Assembly: GCF_009914755.1 (NCBI RefSeq)
Contig: NC_060929.1
Source of the DNA: the human T2T-CHM13v2.0 reference genome, Homo sapiens
Strand: one strand, 5' to 3'
DNA: 64,000 nt
Shown here: positions 14,041-32,216 of the stretch, in pieces
Position numbering within the stretch: position 1 is the first letter of the stretch
Layout of the letters: each line of letters starts with the position of its first letter
The notes under the pieces: model-generated
Database searches by the model: none
What the model was told of the DNA's origin: nothing
What the model saw: only the letters and a program-made list of their open reading frames with translations
Position numbers and translations under genes: made by a program

Positions 14041-15309
14041 GAAAGAAGAGCAAAGGGAAGTAATATATTTTTAGTATTCTCAGACTTGAGGAAATATATG
14101 CAAAAATAATATAATAAATTAAAAGCAATACCTGTTATATGTCTACTATACTGGCTTTCACTCACCTGGATGGGATTAATCAGTATCTACAATTAATTTT
14201 GTGCAAATGTCATCGTTATCTCATGACATTTTCAAATTTCCTAAAACAACCTCTCATATCAAAAGTAATGTTTTTAAACCAAACTTTATTATTTGTATTA
14301 ACATATAAGTATCTGTTTATAAAATCAAGTATAATAATTAAATATACACAGAACTATTGAATAAAGAACAAATGTAAGGCACGAAGCTACAGATTTTTAA
14401 ACTTAAATCCTAAAAATTTAGTCAAATTCTCAAAGTTTACAAATGACAAACGGAAAGGTAATCTTATTGGTAGTCAGATAAACTCTTAATAGCTGACTCA
14501 GATCAGTATTGTTTCCTTTATACCAAGCTGTAGGTACAAAGTCTTATTTTTCCTACAGTCATCATCAAGTTCCAGATTGTAAACTGCCTCATAAATTGAA
14601 CCTCACCAACACAGCTCAAGACCAATCTCCATGCCTTGTCTCTTGAGACACACAGTAAATGAACCTCTTCTCCTTTTCCCTTTGGTCATATTTTCGTCTC
14701 CTGCAAGTATCTACCATGGTCTCGCAAAGATCCTAATACTTAAAAAACAAAGAGTGAAATTATCAAGGAGAGAATATAGTAGTAGTGAGAGCTTACAAAA
14801 ATTAAAAAGAGCCAAACAAAAAAGTGAATAAGTGCTGATTTATAATTGGGTTTTTAATTGTTAACATTTCAATCTAAGGTTTAGATATTAGATACAGAAA
14901 TATTTATACATTTTCATAGTTTGGAGGAAGGGAAGGTATAGCACATCAAGCTGAATAATAAATTAAAAGTAATAAGTAATCTCTGAAATACACATCTATA
15001 TAAAAAGAGAGAAAAAGAAAAGATGATGGTCTTTGTCTTTTGTTTCTGTTTTTTAAGCAGTGCAACAATGGAATAGATTATGTGAGAATTTCTCTTCCTG
15101 GTAAAAGACTGATTTATAGGAGATGATAAACCTCTAAATGTTGACATGTTAACTCCTTTCGGATGGTCAAAGTGTCAAAATATGCCTGCCATTTAGATGC
15201 AATATCCTTCCACCACATTCCTCTGGAATATTAATTGAAAGATATATACTGGAGTCGCCTATTCAAAGCCACAGTCCCGCTGAGACCTTCAAGGATTCAG
15301 CCTATTCAG

Positions 15310-15759
15310 AAGGCTGAATATATTGCCCTGAAAGGTTCCTATGTCCTACTCCCTGGACCTAGGAAAATATTAGATTACATGGCAAAAGGAAATTAAGGTT
15401 GTGGAGGTAATTACGGTTGAAAATCAACAGGCCTTAAAATAGGGAGATTACCTTGGATTGTCCATAAGGGCCCATTGTAGTCACAAAGGACCTTAAATGT
15501 GAACAAGGAAGGCAGAAGAGGAGAATCAGAAGAGCTGTGACTAGAATTAAATCAGAGTGATTCAAAGTGAGGAGAATTTAAATTTCTCCTGGGGGTCACA
15601 AGCCAAGGAATGTGGTGGCCTCTAGTACCTGGAAAAGGCAATGAAACAACTCCCCCACTGCAGATTACAGAAAAAAATGCAGCCTACCTACATCTTGATT
15701 TAACTCAGTGAGAACCATATCAGACTTCTGATCTACAGAGCTATAAGATTTGTTGTTTT
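15310..15759 (+). mobile_element. MaLR LTR (MLT1D/E-like), 5' part; split by L1 and resuming at 21903-21966
   Basis: ttacatggcaaaagg, agggagatta, agccaaggaatgtggtggcctctag and cagacttctga; the remainder ttgttttaagccaccaaatttgtggcaat...atataca follows the L1. Confidence 0.85.
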
Positions 15760-15979
15760 TTTGTTTTGTTTTGTTTATTATACTTTTAAGTTTTAGGGTA
15801 CATGTGCACAACCTGCAGGTTTGTTACATGTGTATACATGTGCCATGTAGGTGTGCTGCACCCATTAACTCGTCATTTAATATTAGGTATATCTCATAAT
15901 GCTATTTCTCTCCCCTCCGCCCACCCCACAACAGGCCCTGGTGTGTTATGTTCCTCTTCCTGTGGCCATGTGTTCTCAT

Positions 15980-19797
<3,818 letters not shown>

Positions 19798-19859
19798 TAT
19801 AATGTTAGCTGGTTATTTTGCTCCTTAGTTGATGCAGTTTCTTCCTAGCCTCGATGGTC

Positions 19860-20872
19860 TTTACAATTTGGCATGTTTTTGCAGTGGCTGATACTGGTTG
19901 TTCCTTTCCATGTTTAGTGCTTCCTTCTGGAGCTCTTTTAGGGCAGGCCTGGTGGTGACAAAATCTCTCAGCATTTGCTTGTCTGTAAAGGATTTTATTT
20001 CTCCTTCACTTATGAAGCTTAGTTTGGCTGGATATGAAATTCTGGGTTGAAAATTCTTTTCTTTAAGAAGTTTGAATATTGGCCCCCACTCTCTTCTGGC
20101 TTATAGAGTTTCTGCCAAGAGATCAGCTGTTAGTCTGATGGGCTTCCCTTTGTGGGTAACCCGACATTTCTCTCTGGCTGCCCTTAACATTTTTCCTTCA
20201 TTTCAACTTTGGTGAATCCGACAATTATGTGTCTTGGAGTTGCTCTTCTCGAGCAGTATCACTGGGGCATTCTCTGTGTTTCCTGAATTTGAATGTTGGC
20301 CTGCCTTGCTATGTTGCGGAAGTTCTCCTGATAATATCCTGCAGAGTGTTTTCCAACTTGGTTGCATTCTCCCCGTCACTTTCAGGTACACCAATCAGAT
20401 GTAGATTTGGCCTTTTCACATAGTCCCATATTTCTTGGAGGCTTTGTTCATTTCTTTTTATTCTTTTTTCTCTAAACTTCTCTTCTCACTTCATTTCATT
20501 CATTTGATCTTCCATCACTGATACTCTTTCTTCCAGTTCATCAAATCGGCTACTGAGGCTTGTGCATTGGTCATGTAGTTCTCGTGCCATGGTTTTCAGC
20601 TCCATCAGGTCCTTTAAGGACTTCTCTGCATTGATTATTCTAGTTAGCCATTCGTCTAATTTTTTTTCAAGGTTTTTAACTTCTTTGCCAAGGGTTCGAA
20701 CTTCCTCCTTTAGCTCAGAGTAGTTTGATCGTCTGAAGCCTTCTCTCAACTTATCAAAGTCATTCTCCGTCCAGCTTTGTTCTGTTGCTGGTGAGGAGCT
20801 GCGTTCCTTTGGAGGAGGAGAGGCACTCTGATTTTTAGAGTTTCTAGTTTTTCTGCTCTGTTTTTTCCCCAT
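19860..20872 (-). pseudogene. L1 ORF1p, disrupted by a premature TGA at 20486-20488
   Basis: Translation MGKKQSRKT...DQMNEMK*, where the L1 consensus continues with R (CGA>TGA). Confidence 0.9.
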
Positions 20873-21900
20873 CTTCATGGTTTTATCTACCTGTGGTCTT
20901 TCATGATGGTGATGTACAGATGGGGTTTTGGTGTGGATGTCCTTTCTATTTGTTAGTTTTCCTTCTAACAGTCGGGACCCTCAGCTGCAGGTCTGCTGGA
21001 GTTTGCTGGAGGTCCACTCCAGACCCTGTTTGCCTGGGTATCAGCAGTGGAGGCTGCAGAACAGCGGATATTGGTGAACAGCAAATGTTGCTGCCTGATC
21101 GTTCCTCTGGAAGTTTTGTCTCAGAGGAGTACCCAGCCGTGTGAGGTGTCAGTCTGCCCCTACTGGTGGGTGCCTCCCAGTTAGGCTACTCGGGGGTCAG
21201 GGACCCACTTGAGGAGGCAGGCTGTCTGTTCTCAGATCTTCAGCTGCATGCTGGGAGAACCACTACTCTCTTCGAAGCTGTCAGACAGGGACATTTAAGT
21301 CTGCAGAGGTTTCTGCTGCCTTTTTTTGGCTATGCTCTGCCCCCAGAGGTGGAGTCTACAGAGGCAGGCAGGCTTCCTTGAGCCGCAGCTGGGCTCCACC
21401 CAGTTCGAGCTTCCTGGCCACTTTGTTTACCTACTCAAGCCTCGGCAATGGTGGGCACCCATCCCCCAACCTCGCTGCCGCCTTGCAGTTTGATCTCAGA
21501 CTGCTGTGCTAACAGTGAGTGAGGCTCTGTGGTGTAGGACCCTCTGAGCCAAGCACGGGATAAAATCTCCTGGTGTGCCATTTGCTAAGACCATTGGAAA
21601 AGCACAGTATTAGGGTGGAAGTGACCTGATTTTCCAGGTGCCATCTGTTACCCCTTTCTGTGACTAGGAAAGGGAATTCCCTGACCCCTTGCGCTTCCCG
21701 GGTGAGGCGATGCCTCACCCTACTTCAGGTCACACTCGGTGCACTGCACCCACTGTCCTGCACCCACTGTCTGACACTCCCCAGTAAGATGAACCCGGTA
21801 CCTCAGTTGGAAATGCAGAAATCACTCATCTTCTGTGTCGCTCAGGCTGGGAGCTGTAGAGTGCAGCTGTTCCTATTTGGCCATCTTGGCTCCTCCCTCC
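20873..21900 (-). promoter_or_regulatory. L1 5' UTR with internal sense promoter (YY1 site) and antisense promoter
   Basis: YY1 motif AAGATGGCC on minus at 21879-21887; ~1.03-kb GC-richer UTR; activity not shown. Confidence 0.75.
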
Positions 21901-22258
21901 TATTGTTGTTTTAAGCCACCAAATTTGTGGCAATCTGTTGCAGCAGCAATAGAAAATGAATATACAAGCCTAGAATCATCATTTAGTCTCTTAGAGCCAT
22001 TATTTAGTCTCTTAGCACCAGAGACTAAATTAATAAATATTTGTGATTCCCCAAGTTTATGTGGTTTTGCTGTATGTAATAGACTATCTTAATAAACCTT
22101 TTGAAATACTCCTATGTTTTAAAAATCAATTCCAGAGTCAAAAAATATGCACCTCAATTCTGTGGGCCATCACTAACCAAGGTTGGCTATAATCATTCCA
22201 TTATATCTTTAAGACTACATAACCAAGTTATTTTCAAACCTGTCAGATCAATGCTTCT

Positions 22259-22935
22259 AAAAAAGTCAGGAAACAACAGGTGCTGGAGAGGATGTGGAGA
22301 ACAAGGAACACTTTTACACTGTTGGTGGGACCGTAAACTAGTTCAACCACTGTGGAAGACAGTGTGGCAATTCCTCAAGGATCTAGAACTAGAAATACCA
22401 TTTGATCCAGCCATCCCATTACTGGGTATATACCCAAAGGATTATAAATCATGCTGCCATAAAGACACATGCACACATATGTTTATTGTGGCACTGTTCA
22501 CAACAGCAAAGACTTGGAACCAACCCAAATGCCCATCAATGATTGATTGGATTAAGAAAATGTGGAACATATACACCATGGAATACTATGCAGCCACAAA
22601 AAAGGATGAGTTCTTGTCCTTTGTAGGGACATGGATGAAGCTGGAAACCATCATTCTCAGCAAACTATCGCAAGGACAAAAAACCAAACACTGCATGTTC
22701 TCACTCACAGGTGGGAATTGAACAATGAGATCACTTGGACACAGGAAGAGGAACATCACACACTGGGGCCTCTTGTGGGGTAGGGGGAGGGGGGAGGGAT
22801 AGCATTAGGAGATATACCTAATGTAAATGACGAGTGAATGGGTGCAGCACACCAACATGGCACATGTATACATATGTAACAAACCTGCACGTTGTGTACA
22901 TGTACCCTAGAACTTAAAGTATAATAAAAAAAGAA
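22259..22935 (+). mobile_element. 5'-truncated L1PA (L1PA5-like 3' end)
   Basis: ORF2 C-terminus KKSGNNRCW...SLTGGN*, 3' UTR cctaatgtaaatgacgag, A tail; no TSD visible. Confidence 0.95.
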
Positions 22936-22985
22936 AGAAATATTAACACCATGTTTATTAATTAAAATTAAAGACCCAGAACATA

Positions 22986-23369
22986 TGTCATTAACTGAAT
23001 ACTTGTGCCTACTAAATTTCATACATTGAAATTTAATCCCCAGTGAAACAGAATTTGGAGGTGGGACCTTTAGGATGTAATTAGTTCATGAGGTTTGAGC
23101 TTTCCCAAGTAGGATTAATGCCCTTATTAATGAGGTCACAGAGAGCTCTCTTTCTCCTTCTCTTTCTTTTATATGAGAATGCAGATAAAAGATGGCAGTC
23201 TACAACCCAGAAAAGGGCCCTCATCAGAACCTGACCATGAGGGCACCCTGATCTCAGACATCAAATCTTCAGAATTGTGAGAGATACATTTCTGTCGTTT
23301 ATGTGCCACCAAAGTACCAGCATTACTTTTCTTTATACCAAGTTGTTACAGTATCTTGAACTAAGACAA
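22986..23369 (+). mobile_element. MaLR solo LTR (MLT1A/MST-like)
   Basis: gaaatttaatccccagt..ggaggtgggacctttagg, ggcaccctgatctcagac, end gaactaagaca. Confidence 0.8.
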
Positions 23370-25524
23370 TATAAAACCTACCTATACACATAAATTCAAA
23401 AAATATATAATCCCCTATAGATAAGATAAATAGCAGGGAAGTCAAGATAATATAATAATGTACATTTATATTCCGGCAAGACTACACTAGAAGACACAAT
23501 GAATTAATAAGTTTGTCCCCATAGGTAGAATCACAGTGAGTACTTCAGACTGAAACAGTTATGTTGCATTGGCCACTCGAATACTGAGAATGGAGTGGAT
23601 ATTGTGTAATTTCGAACAACACTTGTTTAAATTCCAAACAAAATGTTATAGAATCTCATCATTTGTGCAGCAATTCCTTTACTTCAAAATGCTGTGTATG
23701 CCAAATCCTAGGTAATCTTTACTTGTGCAGCACTGCCTAAGTTGCAGGATAGCTAGAATTCCTGACCCCCTCCTCTAAATGCCGACACCCTACTCACCTC
23801 CTGCCCCACCAGGCATTATGATAATTTTAAAAGACCCAGAAATCCCTTTACAAACTCTTTATCTTTTAACTACTACTAACTCATTCTTCAAGTTAGGAGT
23901 CACCCCCTCCAGGAGGACTTCACCGACTACTCACCAGGCTAGATGAGGCCTTTCATACCTGTCAGCACCCAGAAACCTCTGCTTTTCTCTATTACTGCTA
24001 ACAGTAACGAATAAGAATGTCATATAAGCAATGATGAACATTACCCTGAAAGTTTACCACTTGCTGGGCATGCTGAGCTCTCCTGTGAATTATCTCATTT
24101 ATCTCACGCCTGATAAAAATAGTTTGGTTATAACAGTTAGACAAGGCAGTAGCTTGAAAGACAGTTTATGTGCAGAAAGAAGAGATTATGATTTTGTTTT
24201 GTTTTATTTTATTTTAAGGTAGAGGAAATCAAGCTTGTGTGTATGTAAAGACAAGACAACAGTGGTTCTGAGAGAGAGCTTTATGTTACAGAAATGAGAA
24301 TAAATTCCCAGAAAAGATAAAAGAGAGAGGATAACCTTAAACCAAAAGAAGATTCCCTCTCTAGTGTAACAGCAGCAATTGGAGATAGACTGTAAGAATC
24401 AGCCTCAGAAGCTGTTTTCAGCATAATACACTGTGTGAGTAGGTGTGATTGAAAGAGAAGGAGCAATGGGTGTCAGTAAAAGAGAATATGATTAAAAAAT
24501 CAGTTGTGGGGTTTGCAGCAGTAGGGAAGAAATAATGTGATATAGGGGCTAGAAAACTGGCTGTAAAAGGAGGATTCCAGGTTTGAAGTCTTACATAGAG
24601 AAAAAGATCAGGTTTAGTGAGTCAAGTTTAGAGTTGTATGAGATGGCTGAAGCCATTAGTGCAGGTGTAGCTTTTGGGATGACAAGTAAAGGTCATAGCC
24701 CATGTGTGGAGAATTGACTCTGTTAAGGTCTTTGTTATGAAAGAGGTACAGGAAATTAGGGCTTTTGCATGTTGGTTGATTATGAACAAAATTATGACCA
24801 ATGATCATAAATAGAATGAATAGGAGATGGCAGAACACAAATTTTAAACTCCAAAAGAGTAAAGTTTGCCTTGTCCTATATGTGCTTTCTAGAGAGTTCT
24901 ATAATTCCATGTGAATGGCAATACATGTTTTTAATGGCCAATAGTAATATTTCAATAGATGCTAGCATTTCATTTAATAATTTTTATTTATCTGATGGTC
25001 ACAGGAATCAATAATTAGAAGAGAACATTGCTTAATAGTTAATTAAGTTCCTTTAATAATGTGACAGTTAGACAAGTTGTCTAAAGGTGACATCTCCCTG
25101 ATCTATAAATTTTCAGGCTCATGGGAACATTGGGCACATCTTTTGATACACTGCAGCTTCCTTATCCTTGACACTACCTAGTCTATTTAGAAAATGTCAA
25201 TCAGTCATCAAGGCAAGATATCAATTGGATGACTATGATAATTACTCCACTTATACATATTTTTCCTTTCAATTTTCAGGTATAGATGCAAAAATTTATT
25301 GTACTGGTGTATTTTTTCAGACTCTACAATTCTAAATCTCAGGGTAGTGTCTGTAGTTTCAGTTATATTCTAAATGAATTGTTTATTTAATGCTAGTTAA
25401 TTTCCAACCACTTTTATCACATCTCTGGTTAAAAGTTCATTCCATAAAATACATTAGCTAAATTTCCTTTCATATTAGGTAGAATAATACATCAGGAAAA
25501 CAGTCCAAAAATGTTTCATAGAAT

Positions 25525-27465
<1,941 letters not shown>

Positions 27466-28415
27466 CAATTGTTTTAAGTATTGGAAATCTTAAAGTATGC
27501 GGAGTTCATAATGAAAATAAACCAAGAATAAAGGAATCTTTAAGTGTATGTGTAAATGATTAAAGATATTTGGAGAATGAGACTAACCATGGAACACTAA
27601 TAGGGAGCTCATTATTTGATTGGCTTTTGATATTAGCATAATATTTTATTTTTCATGGGAACTATATTAGAGAAAGAAAACAAATAATAGATGATACTAA
27701 TTAGCTATTGATTTTCAATTAATCTATGTATTATCATATTTATACATTTCTAGGCCTTTTCTGAATCTTATTTCATTATATCATATGTTCTAAATGAAAA
27801 ATATTAGGTTTGCTTAAGAATCTTTCTTTTCCTTGAATGAATTTGTTTCTTGGACTGTTTTTGAGCTCCTTGAACTGCAATCAGTACTTATGAACTTATG
27901 TAAAGAAATGTTGTTAGTTTTAACATCACTGTACGAATCCAAACCATCAATTATTTGAATAGTTTAGAGGGATATGTATTTACATAAACATATTCACAGA
28001 ATAAGGCCTTATAAACCACCCTAGGTAATGTCTTTTTTAACATAGGTACAAGAACCAAACCATTGAAGATTTAGAAGCAATGAAAAGTTATCTTATTGTT
28101 TGCCTAGATAACTTCACTTAGGAAATGTGAGAAAATACTGGTTACTTCATTTTTAAAAATAACATGAACCACGTTGTTTTCATTTTGGAAATTTTATGAA
28201 AATACAATAGCCAGTAATGTGCCCAAATATTTTTATTTTAAAATATTGTTTAATAAAATATCTACTTGTTTATTTTTCCAAAAGGATAACTAATTTGGAA
28301 ATTACAAATCCCTTCCTCTCTAAATCATTTGGGTCACCAAACAAAAATGTTTTTCCTATATTCTGTACATACCTTTTCTTATTTTCAGAATAATGACTTT
28401 GTTAGTCCTTACAGT

Positions 28416-28514
28416 TGCACGCGCGCATGCACGCACGCGCACACACACACACACACACACAGACACACACAAACACGCACACTAGCAGAGAAATCCAGAG
28501 ACAAAGGTAGAGGT

Positions 28515-28596
<82 letters not shown>
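28416..28596. repeat. Compound microsatellite: (CG/CA)n tract, then (CT)n(CA)n
   Basis: Read directly. Confidence 0.95.
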
Positions 28597-28598
<2 letters not shown>

Positions 28599-28803
28599 CA
28601 CATGTAAGATGCAGGACACAGTGTGCTACATTTATATTAGGAAACTACAAATTGTAACCTCTTATCCCTGATGGTAGGCCATATTTAGCAAGACAGTGAA
28701 GCTGGTAAATTTCTATAACACCTGGGCAGAGTTCCAATGGGAATATCCACATGTTTAAGAGACAGACAAGGAACCTCATTTAACCTTGTTACTGCCAATA
28801 TGA

Positions 28804-29206
<403 letters not shown>

Positions 29207-30574
29207 TATTCCTGAATTTTAAATTTAGAGTACTGCTGTTCTTCTCTGGGCCTAGGTCAGACACTTTGAGAGCTACATTAAGACTTGCAGACCTCTTAAG
29301 GGACCCTTAAAAGCCTTTCAGTGGCAATTTACTAAATGGTTTCCCTTAGCGGAATGAAAGTTTCATGTCTCCCCAAGTGCCTCAGCCTCTCAGGGCTCAG
29401 AGGGAAAAAAGTGTTCTTTCTGTTTGATGATGATAGTACCATTATTTTCCATTGCTTTTTCAGATGCCAATATTACATCAAGGTATCATGATGTAATGAT
29501 TCTACTTTCATTTCAGATAAATTAGTGCCTCTAGTATCCTCTCTCTGAGATGAAGGAAGAGGTAATAGTCTTGCTGAATCAATCACAGATAATAGAAATG
29601 CTAGTGAAATTACCCACTGAGGCTTTCCCAACCTCTCTACTGAATGAAAAGAGCCCTGAAAAGCAGTCCTTGCTCAAAATGTTCAAAATGTTACCACACT
29701 TTTCTGGATCCTAGCTTTCTCAAATGAAAAGTAAAATCATTGAACTGAATGACTGCTATGGAAAATTCTAACCAAAGCATTCCCTGATTTTTAGGTTATT
29801 GAATATCACAGTCAGCAATGTCACGAGGGAAAGGGAATCTTCCAGATTATCACAAATAAAAAAATTCATTAAAAATAGATACATTTTTCATTCTTAGATT
29901 TTCTATTTCTCAAAACCACAATTCTAGTACAATATCCAGATTTTTACCATAATTGCATAAGGAGATGTCTCCTTAAGTAACCCACATCTGACATTAACCA
30001 AATTCATCACTTTCTTCATCCCTAAGTAACCTCCCCCTACTACCTTCTGTTATTTAGATTATGGTGACAGTACAGAAGTTCTATCAGTGTAGGTATAAAG
30101 AATGAAATTAATTAGTCATGACAAGGAAAGTTACTTGGAAATTCTGGCCTGTGGAGTGTTTGAGTTAAAACATCTAAGAGTAATCTGAAATTGGAGCTCA
30201 GGGCAGATGTGGTGGTGAAATACTTGTGGGAACCTCTGTCATGGAAAGTTATGGATGTGGAATGACTTTATCCAGGAAAAGAAAGACAAATGGTAAAACA
30301 GGTAATATAGCAAAAAGGCAGGATATTTTTTTCCAAGTAATAGAGAACAATAGAAATTGAAATGCAGATATATACAGTGTATAAACTTCTAAAAGCTAAA
30401 AGCCTGAAGCCCTCTAACATCTAAGCTGTCAAGACCAGTCATGCACAAGAAGAAATTCAATCCTCAGGGCTGTGTTTCCCAGCTGGGTTACCTCACTTGG
30501 ATTCTGGCCAAGTTGGTAGCTCTGAAGACAATCAAAATATATGCAAATTAAGAATTTGATGCTCAAACACCCTG

Positions 30575-30735
<161 letters not shown>

Positions 30736-31027
30736 ATTGAAGCTGTGGAGCTTCAATTGTTTTGTCTCATTTTGCTAAAATATGTTTTATTTCTTGGTGA
30801 TTCCATATTTAAATTTCAGTAAGTCATTCTATAGTCTAAAGATATATTTAAGGTATAATTTAGTTAAATGAATAGAGACTTTGAAATCCTGTGGTCCAGC
30901 ATACTATGCTGGCTCTTCCCCTTAAGGAGCTATATGACTTTATAATTTTTATTTGACTCTATATGAAACAATTAAAAAAAAACCAAACAACCAAATGTCA
31001 TTCTGTGTCTCAGTATCTTGTGGATGA

Positions 31028-31500
<473 letters not shown>

Positions 31501-32216
31501 TAATGGTATTTGCCTCATTGAGATTATTGAGGCAATTAAAAAAGGCAGTGCATGAACAGGGACTTGCACATAGTAGATAATTAAAAAAATAGTTATTCTA
31601 AATTGCTCTATCACAGTAAATACACATAGTGACAATGACTTTCACAAAGACTGAAATCTATAATTTATTTAATCTGACTTCCCATTCAAGAGAAATTCAG
31701 CTGATCAAATAGGAATGTCAATGAATAACAGTTTGTGTACATAATCATGCACAGGGAGAAAGGCATGAAACACACAGGGGCAAGCAGCAAAACTCCAGCT
31801 GTTATTGTATTGGAACAGGGAATTAGAACATGGATTGTCTAGGTGAAGCTATAATTTCTCCCTGTCAAATTGCCACTTAGTTAGAGTTTTTAAACTAGGA
31901 TCCCTAGGTGAGGTTGAAGTTGTCCATGAATCATGAAATTATGTGCAAAGTTCTGTGTTAAGCTATGCACATTTTGTCATGGCAAACAGTCCATAATTTA
32001 CATCAGAATTACATACTAAAGGAACAGTTGCTGACTGAATAAACTAAATTAGAATAGCTCTAGAACTTTTGTATTATCCAAAATAAAATTAGAAGAATAT
32101 CTTAAGTGAAAAGGCAAGGAACTAGAGAAAGAATAGGTGTTTAATATTTCCCTCAAAATAAACAGTACATTTATCTGCTTCATTATTTGTTTACCTTAAA
32201 AGATAACGTTACCTCT

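Noticed and set aside
14166-14186. 21-nt minus-strand micro-exon with CAG|gtgagt donor
   Set aside because: The acceptor lacks a pyrimidine tract, so there is no independent support
21980-22013. Small direct repeats (also ~48086-48123 and ~54848-54882)
   Set aside because: Two-copy 14-18 bp slippage duplications are common; these are not CRISPR-like arrays
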